A stretch of 64,000 nt of DNA from Candidatus Dormiibacterota bacterium (GCA_003162415.1 PMOL01000011.1:84701-148700); one strand, 5' to 3'. Positions 29,244 through 39,238 are shown, counted from the first letter of the stretch. Notes: generated from the letters alone by a model not told the origin. Made by a program: numbers and translations.

Positions 29244-30833
29244 CTACTGGCTCAGCCAGACGTCTTGCAAGTGGTAGTTCCCCGTTGGATAGGCGAAGAA
29301 CCCATGGACGTTGTTCGAAAACGCGTACTGGTATGGCACGAACTGCAGCACCGCCCAGGGTGCGTCTTGAGCAACCTGGACCTGAATCTGTGTGTAGAGT
29401 GACGCCCGCTGCGACTCGACGAAAGCCTTCTCAGTTTGATGAACCCACTGCACCACCTGCGAGTCGTTGAACCCGGTGCTGTACGAATCAGCGCCGCCGC
29501 CCACCGGATCCAGCATGAACGAAGCCTGTTCGTCGGGGTCGGGGATGTCAGAAGCCCAGGCCTCGTACGCGAGTCCGTACTTCTCCTCCGCGAGTGTCGA
29601 GTAGAGCTGACCGGGATCAACTTTGTCCAGCGTCACATTGATGTTGATCGCCTTCAGTTCCTGCTGCACGATCGTGCCGACCGCCTCCTGATAGACATCA
29701 GTGCTCCCAATCAGCATGCTCGTGCTGAATCCGTTCGGGTACGCAGACATGGCGAGCTCCTGCTTCGCCATGCTCAGGTTGTATGTGAGACATGGGGTCT
29801 GCGGGTCGTAGTAGGAGAGCGTCGGTGCCATGTACGAGCAATTGGTCTTTCCATACCCGTACAACGCGGCCTTATTCATCGCCGCGTCATCGATCGCGTA
29901 CGCAATTGCGCGGCGCACGTGCACGTCCTTAAACTGCGCCATGTGCTCGTTCATGAGTACGTAGGACACCAGGTTGGACGGGAAGGTCTGCACCGTTATG
30001 CCGGAGCTTGCCTTTAGAGAATTCAACGTTGCGAACGGTGGGAACGAGTCGAGTTGGATCTGTCCGCCCTTCAACTGCAGAATCCGGGTGTTGTCGTCAG
30101 GAACGAACGTCCACGTCACGCTATTCAGGTACGGCTTGCCCGGTTGCCAGTAGTGCGGATTCCTGGTCATCTTTGTCGACACGCCCTTGTTCCAGAAGTC
30201 CAGAACGAAGGGTCCAGTGCCAACGGGGTCGTTGAAGAATGCTGCCGCAGTTTTCCCCTCAAAGTTGTTCGGGTAGATGCCGTTAGCCCACAACGCCAGG
30301 TCAGCAAGGAGCGGTTTCCACGGATACTTCGTCGTGATCACGACTGTCTCCGGATCCGGCGTGGTGATGTCTTTGATCGCCGAATCCAGGAAGCTGAAGC
30401 CGCCATTGAAGTTGCGGTTGCGATCGATCGAGAACTTGACGTCCGCAGAGGTCAAGGGCGTGCCGTCGGAGAACTGCACCCCGGCACGCAGGTGGAAGGT
30501 CCATGTCAACTGATCTGTCGACAGATCCCAGCTCGACGCGAGCCACGGTACCACCGACTGTCCGTTGGTCGACGTCTCCGTCAGCGTCTCAAAGATCATG
30601 TCGAGTGGATAGATCGTTTCGGTCTCCACCGCTTGCACTGGATCGAGGGTTTTGATGTCGATGGCGTGGGCGAAGACCAGATCGCCACCTCGCTGCGGCT
30701 TCGATGGCGTGGCTGTCGGGCTGGACGCCCCACTCCCGCAGGCCGCCAACACCACCATGAAGGCAAACGCGATCGCCGTCAGGGACCTGAATGGCAGGGC
30801 CCGGCCCCTCGTGCCACGGTTGAGCTGAGTCAT
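29244..30833 (-). CDS. ABC transporter substrate-binding protein, family 5, lipoprotein
   Basis: Signal peptide with the lipobox LAACGSG, then an SBP_bac_5 fold. It is the first gene of the minus-strand importer operon. Confidence 0.85.
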   Translation of the reverse strand: MTQLNRGTRGRALPFRSLTAIAFAFMVVLAACGSGASSPTATPSKPQRGGDLVFAHAIDIKTLDPVQAVETETIYPLDMIFETLTETSTNGQSVVPWLASSWDLSTDQLTWTFHLRAGVQFSDGTPLTSADVKFSIDRNRNFNGGFSFLDSAIKDITTPDPETVVITTKYPWKPLLADLALWANGIYPNNFEGKTAAAFFNDPVGTGPFVLDFWNKGVSTKMTRNPHYWQPGKPYLNSVTWTFVPDDNTRILQLKGGQIQLDSFPPFATLNSLKASSGITVQTFPSNLVSYVLMNEHMAQFKDVHVRRAIAYAIDDAAMNKAALYGYGKTNCSYMAPTLSYYDPQTPCLTYNLSMAKQELAMSAYPNGFSTSMLIGSTDVYQEAVGTIVQQELKAININVTLDKVDPGQLYSTLAEEKYGLAYEAWASDIPDPDEQASFMLDPVGGGADSYSTGFNDSQVVQWVHQTEKAFVESQRASLYTQIQVQVAQDAPWAVLQFVPYQYAFSNNVHGFFAYPTGNYHLQDVWLSQ

Positions 30834-31582
30834 AGATCGCTGCCCTCTTTCATCGCCGTCATAACGTCATTGGCGCCCTTGACGGCTCGGCCAAAATTCG
30901 CGTGGAAGGTACGAAGCGTCCCGGCATGTGCCTGTGCGTCGTACTCGGCCGTGCCGTCGTCGACGAGCACACATCCGTAGCCGCGATCCACCGCTTCCCG
31001 TGCGGTGCTCTCGACACAGCAACTCGTCGTGACGCCGACGACGACCAGCGTTTCGATGCCTAGCTCCTTGAGAACTGAGTCGATCTCGCTGCTGCTGAAG
31101 GCACCCGCGGAGCGCTTGACCACCACCGGCTCGTGCGCGCGAGGCGCCAGCTCGTGTCGAATCTGGAACCCTGGACTCCCGGACCACATGATCCCCTCCA
31201 CCCCAGACTCTCGCTCGAGATCCAAGATCATCGATCGCGAGCGCGTTGGGAAGTCCCGATAGTCGAGGTGATCCGAACCCAGTGTCAGGAAGACAACCGG
31301 GAGCTCACGACGGCGAAAGAAGTCAAGCAAGCGGACGATCGTGGGTACGACGGTCGTCTCGACTCGCTCGTTGTAGTAGTTGAGCGAGCCCGGTCGAGCG
31401 CGCTCAATCGCGACATTGAAGCCACCCGACGCTGATGCATCGTGGTATTGCATGTCGACGATCAGCAGCGCCGTTCGCCCGTCGCAACGCAACCGGATAT
31501 CCGACGCCAGCGTATACGTGTAGTCGTAGAAGGCGTTGCTGGGCTCTGCGGTGCTCACGGGTTCGCTTGCCGCGGCGTTCAT
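30830..31582 (-). CDS. isochorismatase-family cysteine hydrolase (maleamate amidohydrolase NicF-like)
   Basis: Isochorismatase fold (ALLIVDMQ..., catalytic-Cys region VGVTTSCCVESTAREA). It sits directly downstream of a NicX-like gene. Confidence 0.7.
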   Translation of the reverse strand: MNAAASEPVSTAEPSNAFYDYTYTLASDIRLRCDGRTALLIVDMQYHDASASGGFNVAIERARPGSLNYYNERVETTVVPTIVRLLDFFRRRELPVVFLTLGSDHLDYRDFPTRSRSMILDLERESGVEGIMWSGSPGFQIRHELAPRAHEPVVVKRSAGAFSSSEIDSVLKELGIETLVVVGVTTSCCVESTAREAVDRGYGCVLVDDGTAEYDAQAHAGTLRTFHANFGRAVKGANDVMTAMKEGSDL

Positions 31583-31593
31583 GATCCGACTGC

Positions 31594-32622
31594 CTACGCC
31601 GGCACCGCGGGTCGGTCGCTCTGTCGAAGCCCCGATTCAGAGGTGAATTCTCCGTTGTCGAGGATCCGGACACCATCGATTTCGAGTGTCGAACCGAAGA
31701 TGATGCCATCCATGTGGCCCTTGGAGGCATGGCTTCCCTTGAGTGTCGGCGTGTTGTTCGCTCCAAAGGCGACCAGAACGCCTCCCTCGACGCTCTCCCA
31801 GGCTGCCAGGTCGTAGTGGTTCGGATCGAACCGCGGATCGAAGCCAAAGCCGATGTGGGAGATGATGTAGGCGTTAGGATCGTCGAACTGCTTGATCCAG
31901 CGATCGAACTTGCGACCGTCCTCGGATGAGGTGTCGATACTGGTGATCGCACCCTTCTCGATGACCGTCTTCACTGGGTGCTGAATCACATAAAGATACT
32001 CGGGATCTCCGTAGAGGATCATCGGGCCGTTGTAATAGACGACGCCCTCGACGGTCTCCTCCATCGGCGCGCAATTGATCATGCACGTGCCGTAGAGATC
32101 GAAGTGTCCCGGCCTGGCCGCGTATCCCGACTGACCGTGCCACGGTCGGCTCTGCCGGTCCGCATACAACTCGGTCCCCAGCGAACTCGTGATCTTGATC
32201 TTGCCCTTGTCGGCAATCAGCTTCTCGGCGGCTCCAACCCGCCAGGTATAGCGGTCATCCGGAGGACGATCGATGATCGACCGTTCGGGAAGGAGCGCCA
32301 TGAGCACCCGAGTGCCGCTTCCAAGAACATCGAGCATCGCGGGGCTGTAGAGCCAGTCGTTCGACGAGAGTTCGAAAAGGATGTCGGCCTCCACGCACGC
32401 CTTGACGGCAGCTGGCGGCGGGCTCGTTTCCGGGAAGCGCGACATGCCCCGAACGACGATGACATCAGCGCCAGTTGTGACGACCGCGGCGTAGAAGGCC
32501 TCGACGATCGCGGGGTTCCGTTCCGAGTCGGTGTAGATGACGACCTTCTCGTCTGCCTTAACCTGGGAACCCTGCACTGCGTTCAGCGCTGCCCGGAAGA
32601 GTTCCGGAAATGCCACATCCAT
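31594..32622 (-). CDS. NicX-like (2,5-dihydroxypyridine 5,6-dioxygenase / M29-aminopeptidase-like) family protein
   Basis: Recalled NicX metal-ligand regions are conserved (ISHIGFGFDP; KGHMDGII). It is paralogous, at about 55-60% identity, to the ORF at 35578-36573. The start is taken at MDVAFPELF by alignment with that paralog. Confidence 0.6.
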   Translation of the reverse strand: MDVAFPELFRAALNAVQGSQVKADEKVVIYTDSERNPAIVEAFYAAVVTTGADVIVVRGMSRFPETSPPPAAVKACVEADILFELSSNDWLYSPAMLDVLGSGTRVLMALLPERSIIDRPPDDRYTWRVGAAEKLIADKGKIKITSSLGTELYADRQSRPWHGQSGYAARPGHFDLYGTCMINCAPMEETVEGVVYYNGPMILYGDPEYLYVIQHPVKTVIEKGAITSIDTSSEDGRKFDRWIKQFDDPNAYIISHIGFGFDPRFDPNHYDLAAWESVEGGVLVAFGANNTPTLKGSHASKGHMDGIIFGSTLEIDGVRILDNGEFTSESGLRQSDRPAVPA

Positions 32623-32801
32623 GGACCACCTCAAGGTGCCGCAGAACAACGCCGAAGGTCGGCGCTCCAACCTGGGCACCTTAGACCAATGTGGCATGAT
32701 TAGTCAACTTGTAGTGTAATGCGCCGGATTTCGGTTGAAAAGAAGGACTTGATGCCGAATTTCGCCAGTATTCGGAGCTCTCACCTTGAGGTGGACAGAC
32801 T

Positions 32802-33290
32802 GTGAAGGACCGGATAGACGACATCGATCGCGCGATCATCGGCTCACTCCAAGTCTCTGCACGGCGGAGCAACGTCGAAATCGCTGCGGATCTCGGTCTA
32901 AGCGAAAGCACCGTGCGACGCCGGGTGGAGAAGCTGATCGACGGCGACTATGTACGCATCGTCGCCGTCGCGGATCCATTAAAGATCGGCTATCCGGTCG
33001 TCGCTATCATCGGGCTCGAGTGCCCTCCCGCGGCGCTCGCTGACGTGGAGGCGGCACTCCTCCAGCTCGATGAGTTCCGCTTCATCGGGATGACCAGCGG
33101 TCCATACGATTTCGTCGCCGAGGCCTGGTTCAGTTCCCTGAGCGATCTCCAAAGCTTTATCACCCAGCGCCTTTCGGCAGTGGCCGGCATATCGCGAATC
33201 GAGACCACCCATGTCCTCAAGATGGTCCGCTACATGTACGACTGGGGACGGGTCAACGCGCCCTCTCTCGGCGGTCCCTCGGCAGCCTAG
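32802..33290 (+). CDS. Lrp/AsnC family transcriptional regulator
   Basis: HTH_AsnC N-terminus (IDRAIIGSLQVSARRSNVEIAADLGLSESTVRRRVEKL) plus a RAM domain. Confidence 0.85.
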   Translation: MKDRIDDIDRAIIGSLQVSARRSNVEIAADLGLSESTVRRRVEKLIDGDYVRIVAVADPLKIGYPVVAIIGLECPPAALADVEAALLQLDEFRFIGMTSGPYDFVAEAWFSSLSDLQSFITQRLSAVAGISRIETTHVLKMVRYMYDWGRVNAPSLGGPSAA

Positions 33291-33314
33291 CGCGGTGCTG
33301 ATTGTGGTCTCGCG

Positions 33315-34160
33315 GTGAGCAGTACGGGAATCGCCGCTGGCGTTGCGCTCAGTGTTCTCTCCGCGGCGTCGCTTGGAAGTGCCGACTTCGCCGGTGGACT
33401 GGCAGCCCGCACTCGAAGTGCCCTCGCCGTCGTCGCTGTCATGCAGGCGATCGAATTCGTTGGAGTCTTGGTGCTCATTCTCATAATCGCGCCCCCTCAT
33501 CCGTCGACGACCACGGTTGTGTGCGGTCTCTTCGCAGGTGCCGCCGTCGCCCTCGGGCTCACCGCCCTCTATCGCGGGCTGGCGATGGGCTCTATGGCGG
33601 TCGTTGCCGCGCTCAGCACGGTCGGATCGGTCGCCATCCCGTTTGCGTTTTCAGCGGTTGTTCTCGGCACCTTCCCGCACACCGTGCAACTGATTGGTGT
33701 GGTCATCGCTCTCGCGGCCTCGGTGATGATGGCTGGACTGTCCGGGCGTGTCGTATCACGCACCGCCTTGCTCTACGGTCTGATCGCTGCGGTCAGCTTT
33801 GGCACCTATTTCATCCTGCTCAGCCGCGGAGCCTCCAGCGGTCTCTGGGTGCTTTTGACCAGCCGCGGCGCCGCCGTGGTTTTGCTCGTCGCCGTCGGCG
33901 GCGCGACCCGGCTCATACGCGTCGATCGCGGGCTCCTGCCTCTTGCGGTGACGGCCGGCCTTCTTGAACTGCTAGGGAGTGGCCTGGTGATCGCCGCCCT
34001 CCGTTACCTACCCCTTGGGCTCATCGTCCCCATAACAGGCACATACCCGGTGGCCACAGCACTCCTGGCGTGGGCCTTCTTAGGCGAGCGGCTCCGCCTC
34101 TTCGCCTATTTAAGCGTTGCGCTGGCTTTGGTTGGAATCGTATTGATCGGACAGGGTTGA
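33315..34160 (+). CDS. DMT/EamA family transporter
   Basis: Polytopic EamA-like membrane protein. Paralog of the ORF at 1868-2722. Confidence 0.7.
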   Translation: MSSTGIAAGVALSVLSAASLGSADFAGGLAARTRSALAVVAVMQAIEFVGVLVLILIIAPPHPSTTTVVCGLFAGAAVALGLTALYRGLAMGSMAVVAALSTVGSVAIPFAFSAVVLGTFPHTVQLIGVVIALAASVMMAGLSGRVVSRTALLYGLIAAVSFGTYFILLSRGASSGLWVLLTSRGAAVVLLVAVGGATRLIRVDRGLLPLAVTAGLLELLGSGLVIAALRYLPLGLIVPITGTYPVATALLAWAFLGERLRLFAYLSVALALVGIVLIGQG

Positions 34161-34174
34161 ACGGAGGCTTGCGA

Positions 34175-35581
34175 ATGACCAACGAGCTCGCCAAGCTGGA
34201 GCGCCGCGCCATGAACTATCTAGACGAACATCGTGCAGAGCTCATGTCTGAGTATTTCGACCTCGTGAGGATCCCTTCGGTCAGCGCCGATCCAGAGCAC
34301 GCCGCTGACGTAGCGCGTTGTGCCGAGCTGATCGCTGCTCGCTTGCAACGTATAGGTCTGGACGACGTTCGTGTTGATCCAACTGAGGGCCACCCCGTGG
34401 TGTCGGCCCGCACCCCACTGATTTCTGGTGCGCCGACCTATCTCGTATATGCCCACTACGACGTCCAGCCTGCGGATCCCCTCGAGGAGTGGAACACGCC
34501 ACCGTTCACCCCGACCCAAGTCGGCGACGAACTTCGTGGCCGCGGCATCTCTGACGACAAGGCGCATGTGCACCTGCACCTAGCGGCTATCGAAGCACTC
34601 CTTGTCGCCTCCAGACTGGGGGTCAACATCCGCGTCATTTTCGAAGGCGAGGAGGAGATCTCCAGCCGCCACCTGGAGACCTGGCTTCGAACCCAATCCG
34701 ACCTCGGGTCGCTGGCTGGCTGCATCGTCTCCGACACGACCTTCCTCACCTCGGACGTGCCATCGCTCGGTACCGGGGTCCGCGGCCTGCTCTACACCCA
34801 GATCGATGTGGAGACCGCGGCGCATGACCTCCATTCCGGAGGCTATGGCGGCGCGGTACCCAATGCTGCCGAAGCGTTGGCGACCATTCTCGCGCAGCTC
34901 AAGCGTGCCGACGGTCAGGTCGCCATCCCCGATTTCTATGCGGACGTGATCGATGATCGAGCCTTTCGTGACCTCATCCCAACCCTCCCCTTTGATGAAG
35001 CTGAGTGGCTGCGCGGCGCAGCGCCGAGCCAGGGGCAAGCCACTGGCGAGACCAACTTCTCGCTGCTCGAGCGGCTCTGGTTGCGCCCGACATTGGACAT
35101 CAATGGGATGTGGTCCGGTCATACCGGAGAGGGCCCGAAGACCGTCATCCCCGCTCGGGCACATGCGCGCGTCTCCTGTCGGTTGGTCGCGGACCAACAC
35201 CCCGAGCGTGTCTTCGCTGGACTCTCGCGCCTGGTCGCCGAATGCGCACCTCCATGGGCGAAGGTCACGGTGACCCTGGTGAGCGCGTCGCTCCCGGCAC
35301 GGGCGGATACCACAGGGCCGCTTGCCGAGGCCGCGTTGGCGGCGTTGGCGCACGGCTTTGGCCGCGAGCCGATCCTCCAACGTGAAGGCGGGTCGATTCC
35401 GGTGGTCGGAATCCTGACCTCATATCTTCCGGGTACGCCGCTGATTCTGCTTGGCTTCAGTCCTCCCGACGACGCAGCGCATGCGCCTAACGAGTGCATG
35501 CGCATGTGGAATCTCGACGGCGGCCTACGCACTCTCGTTCGAATGTGGCTCGTGCTCAGTCTCGAGGAGAAGAACCGATGA
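34175..35581 (+). CDS. M20 family metallopeptidase (dipeptidase / acyl-amino-acid deacylase-like)
   Basis: M20 catalytic and dimerisation domains (YAHYDVQP, GRGISDDKAH). The start is MTNELAKL at 34175. Confidence 0.8.
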   Translation: MTNELAKLERRAMNYLDEHRAELMSEYFDLVRIPSVSADPEHAADVARCAELIAARLQRIGLDDVRVDPTEGHPVVSARTPLISGAPTYLVYAHYDVQPADPLEEWNTPPFTPTQVGDELRGRGISDDKAHVHLHLAAIEALLVASRLGVNIRVIFEGEEEISSRHLETWLRTQSDLGSLAGCIVSDTTFLTSDVPSLGTGVRGLLYTQIDVETAAHDLHSGGYGGAVPNAAEALATILAQLKRADGQVAIPDFYADVIDDRAFRDLIPTLPFDEAEWLRGAAPSQGQATGETNFSLLERLWLRPTLDINGMWSGHTGEGPKTVIPARAHARVSCRLVADQHPERVFAGLSRLVAECAPPWAKVTVTLVSASLPARADTTGPLAEAALAALAHGFGREPILQREGGSIPVVGILTSYLPGTPLILLGFSPPDDAAHAPNECMRMWNLDGGLRTLVRMWLVLSLEEKNR

Positions 35582-36573
35582 CGCACTTCCCTGAATTGCT
35601 TCGCGCTGCAAACCTGACGCTCGACCAGTGCAATGTGCAACCGCACGAACAGCTTGTGATCTATACCGACTCGGAGCGCGAAGTGGCCGTCGTGGAAGCC
35701 TTCTATGCGGCCGCTGTCGCCCACGGCACTGATCCAGTGATCGTTCGAGCGCTCTCTCGGCCCGCGGAGGGAGGTCCACCCGCCGCTGCCGTCGCCGCCT
35801 GCAAGCAGGCTGATCTCCTTCTCGATCTGGCTTCCAATACCTGGTCATACAACCCCGCCATGCGCGAGATCCTCGAAGGCGGCACCCGCATCCTGCAGTG
35901 CCTACTCCCCACCCAGTCGCTCATCACCCGGCTGCCAGACGCTCGACGCAGTGCTCGCCTCGATCGCGCAATGGACCTGATTCGAGGCGGCGGCAGTATT
36001 CACATCACCGACGCCCTCGGCACAGATCTGCATGGGGAGCGTGGCAATCGGCGATGGCACCCGCAGGCGGGTGTGGTTACACAGAGCGGACAGTACGACC
36101 TCTACGGAACCTGCATGGTCAACTGTGCGCCGATCGAAGAGAGTGTCAACGGGGTCGTCTATCTCGATGGTCCGATGATCATGTACGGCAATCCCGAATA
36201 CCTCTTCGTGCTCTCACAGCCGGTCAAGATCGTCGTCAAAGAGGGCCGGTTGACCGACATCGACACCCGGCCAGAGGATGGCCGGAAAATCAAGCGGTGG
36301 GCGGAACAGTTCGACGATCCCAACGTGTATCTCATCTCCCACTTGGGCTTCGGCTTGCACCCCCAATACGACCTCAACAACTTTGATCTCGCCGCCTGGG
36401 AGAGCATAGAGGGCGGGGTCCTTGTCGCCTTCGGCGCCAACGATTCGACGGCGCTAGGCGGAAGCCACTCTGCCAAAGGTCACGTCGACGCCATCCTGTT
36501 GCACGCAACCTTCGAAGTCGACAGGATCCCCCTTATCGTGGAGGGTCGGCCGGCTCCGAGTCTCGGCTCCTGA
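35578..36573 (+). CDS. NicX-like (2,5-dihydroxypyridine dioxygenase / M29-like) family protein, second paralog
   Basis: Motifs ISHLGFGLHP and KGHVDAILL. It overlaps the M20 stop (ATGA), which suggests translational coupling. Confidence 0.6.
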   Translation: MTHFPELLRAANLTLDQCNVQPHEQLVIYTDSEREVAVVEAFYAAAVAHGTDPVIVRALSRPAEGGPPAAAVAACKQADLLLDLASNTWSYNPAMREILEGGTRILQCLLPTQSLITRLPDARRSARLDRAMDLIRGGGSIHITDALGTDLHGERGNRRWHPQAGVVTQSGQYDLYGTCMVNCAPIEESVNGVVYLDGPMIMYGNPEYLFVLSQPVKIVVKEGRLTDIDTRPEDGRKIKRWAEQFDDPNVYLISHLGFGLHPQYDLNNFDLAAWESIEGGVLVAFGANDSTALGGSHSAKGHVDAILLHATFEVDRIPLIVEGRPAPSLGS

Positions 36574-37753
36574 CGATCTTGCCCTCGAGCATGACCAGCC
36601 GCACATCTCGGAGCGAATCGAGGCCATCGAGTGGATCGCCGCCGACCGCGATGAGGTCCGCGGACTTGCCCGATTCGAGTGTGCCGTAGCTGTCGGCGAG
36701 CGGACCGATGACGCGTGCCGCGTCACGCGTCGCTGCTTGGATAGCTCGATAGCGTGGCATCCCAAACGACACGAACTGCTCGATCTCGGCCACTACCTCT
36801 CCGAAGCCATCGGTTCCAGTGCCAAAGTTGACTCCAGCGTCGAGCGCGTGCTGGAATGAAGCTCGATGAGGTCCGAGGATCCCCTCGGCGATCGGGATCC
36901 ATGAGCTGGGCATCCCCCACTCAATGCCCCGCTCGAAGATGCCAACCATGGTCGAGAGTGTCGGTACGAGGTCGACGTTGTGTTCCGCCATCCAGACCGC
37001 CTGCGCGTGTGTGAGGAAGATTCCGTGCTCGATGCAGTCGACACCGGCCTCGAGCGCATTGCCGATGCCACGTTCACCATCTGCATGGGCGGTCACCCGT
37101 TTCCCCGCCGCATGCGCCACGGCGACGACCGCGCTCATCTCCTCGACAGTGAGTTGCGGCTGCGATGGTTCCTCACCTTCGCGTGTGATCCCCACACCGC
37201 CACTGGCCATAACCTTGAATAGATCGACGCCTGCTTTGAGTTGTCGCCGCGCGGCCTTGGTCGCCTCCGCGGCCCCATCGACCTCGTAGCCGTGTATGTG
37301 GCCATGGCCGCCAGTCATCACTATCGGTTGCCCCGCACAGACCAGACGGGGGCCTTCGACATAGCCTTCGGCGATTGCTCGCCGGAGTTGGAGATCGACG
37401 TGCGACGGTCCGCACCCGACGATCCGCGCCGTCGTGATTCCCTCATCGAGCAGGCGGCGACCGTGAAACGTCGCCACGAACGCGAACATCACGTCGGGCT
37501 CGCTGACCGAGGCGTCGCCGATCGCAAACCTATCGTGGCCATTGAGGTGTTCGTGGCAGTCGATGAACCCTGGGAGAATCGTGGCGGTCCCAAGGTCCAG
37601 CCGCGTCTCATCGTCTGAGCGCTCAAGCTCCGCAGCAGTACCCACGGCAGCGATGCGACCATCGACGACGCGCACCGCCCCGCCATGAATCGGGGAGGCG
37701 TCATTGCCGATCAAGACCTGTTGCGCGGTTATCAGGAATCGTCCCACGAGCAA
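36533..37753 (-). CDS. amidohydrolase family metal-dependent hydrolase
   Basis: Amidohydro_1 fold with the HxH motif (FIDCHEHL) and downstream His and Asp ligands. Its 3' end overlaps the convergent gene by 41 nt. Confidence 0.8.
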   Translation of the reverse strand: MLVGRFLITAQQVLIGNDASPIHGGAVRVVDGRIAAVGTAAELERSDDETRLDLGTATILPGFIDCHEHLNGHDRFAIGDASVSEPDVMFAFVATFHGRRLLDEGITTARIVGCGPSHVDLQLRRAIAEGYVEGPRLVCAGQPIVMTGGHGHIHGYEVDGAAEATKAARRQLKAGVDLFKVMASGGVGITREGEEPSQPQLTVEEMSAVVAVAHAAGKRVTAHADGERGIGNALEAGVDCIEHGIFLTHAQAVWMAEHNVDLVPTLSTMVGIFERGIEWGMPSSWIPIAEGILGPHRASFQHALDAGVNFGTGTDGFGEVVAEIEQFVSFGMPRYRAIQAATRDAARVIGPLADSYGTLESGKSADLIAVGGDPLDGLDSLRDVRLVMLEGKIVRSRDSEPADPPR

Positions 37754-38005
37754 TCCTCCAGATGTACAGGGGGATCGTATCGCTGGCGACGCGATGCCCG
37801 TTCGACACGCTGGAAGGCCAATCTAGTCCGCGTCACGAGTGTCCAGGCCTCCAGAGCTATCCCCGGACATCGAAGAGCAGTCGCTCGTATCTACGCATCG
37901 GATCGCTGACGAAATCCCGCAAATACGCGCGCGCAAATGCCGAATTTCGCCACGATTGCGCGATGGAGCGCCGCTGTCCAGAACAGTGGCTGCACGTGAT
38001 TTACT

Positions 38006-38341
38006 TCAGCGCCGACGACTTCGCTCTGCACACTTGGCCCAAGCGGCTCCTTTGCCCGCTAGGGGAATATCGCGTCTCATATGCTTCAGCGCAGCTTCGT
38101 CCCGACTCGGGCGCAATCCCTTGCGGTAGTAGCAATCAGCCAGCGGCGGCGAAGTATCGACACTCAGCTTGCCGTCTGGGTGGTACTCAAGATGCCGGTT
38201 GATGGGCCGGATGCCCGTGATGGCGGCAATCAGTTCCATGACTCCCGCCGATGCCATGACCCCGTTCAGCGCCACGACCGAAGGGCTTGGTCCCAACTGT
38301 GATTGCCCGTAGATACGCTCCTCCTCAGCGAGACTCACCAC
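38006..38341 (-). pseudogene. C-terminal fragment of a ThiF/MoeB (E1-like) adenylyltransferase
   Basis: LGPSPSVVALNGVMASAGVMELIAAITG resembles the MoeB/ThiF C-terminal helix region. The Rossmann N-terminal domain is absent upstream. Confidence 0.4.
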
Positions 38342-39035
38342 AAGTACTGCAGACGGAGATCAACCTCAACAACGCCGAATCCTGGGCTGAGGCTATGAAA
38401 GCGACGGGCGACTTCGAGAGTGCTGAACAAGCAGAGTACGAACGGCTGGAGACGCTGCGCGCCTTCCATGAGGGTCGCCTGTCTATCGAGACCACACCCG
38501 ATCGTGAAGTCGCGGGAATTTTCCTCGCTTCAACAACGTCGCCGAGACGATCACACGCGGCGGATTCTCCTGGTACGTCCTGCGACCGAGCGGCGCACGG
38601 CGATTCGTACTTGGCGACGATCCAGTCGCCTTCTTTGACTCTTCTCAGCCGGAGAAGCCTGGCGGCCTCGGTTTTGCGATACCCACAGGAGAGACCACCC
38701 TGCCGATCTCACCGGCGACGTGTCTCCTCCTCAAGAACGACGGACTGGGACGCGTTGACGGTGTTCCCGCCGACGATGACCTGGTCCGGCACGTCAACCT
38801 TCGGTCGTATGCCCACGCCGACGAATGCATCTGGGGAAGCGATCTCGACACCCTCACCGGCGTGCGCAGAGACGCCAAAGCCAGTCCTGATGTGCTCCAT
38901 GCGATGAGACGACGAGATGGTGGAGCCTGGATCAGCGAGCAGGTACCCGGTGAGCCTGGGCCTATGAGTTCGAAGGCCATTTTCAAGACGGCCGGCGTCA
39001 TAGGCGTCGCGGATTCGTCGATCCGAGCCCATTAG
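38340..39035 (+). pseudogene. frameshifted ORF of unknown function (possible DUF4238-like)
   Basis: The protein-like reading frame switches at about 38520 from frame 1 (TEINLNNAESWAEAMKATGDFESAEQAEYERLETLRAFHEG...) to frame 0 (NVAETITRGGFSWYVLRPSGARRFVLGDDPVAFFD...AH*). The second part has no start codon. Confidence 0.3.
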
Positions 39036-39238
39036 GCACCGAATCGCCGCCCCTCGCCCAACCCCAGTCAGACCGGGTGCATGAGCGGCTGGCATATTCC
39101 CTCGAAGACGGTCAGCCTTTAGGGTGGTGAGATGGCCCTTGTGACCTCCCCCACCGGTAGGGCAGCCCCATGAGTTGCGTTCCCTCCGCGACCGCTTCTA
39201 CGCTCCCTCTCCACAGGAATCGGGGAAGCTAGTCACTC

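Noticed and set aside
37754-39238. Search for the distal att repeat of the tRNA-Ser 3' end
   Set aside because: By eye there is no 15-nt or longer copy of the tRNA 3' segment in this stretch or at 44.7-45.1 kb. The island's left boundary therefore stays approximate, and the question needs a computational repeat search.
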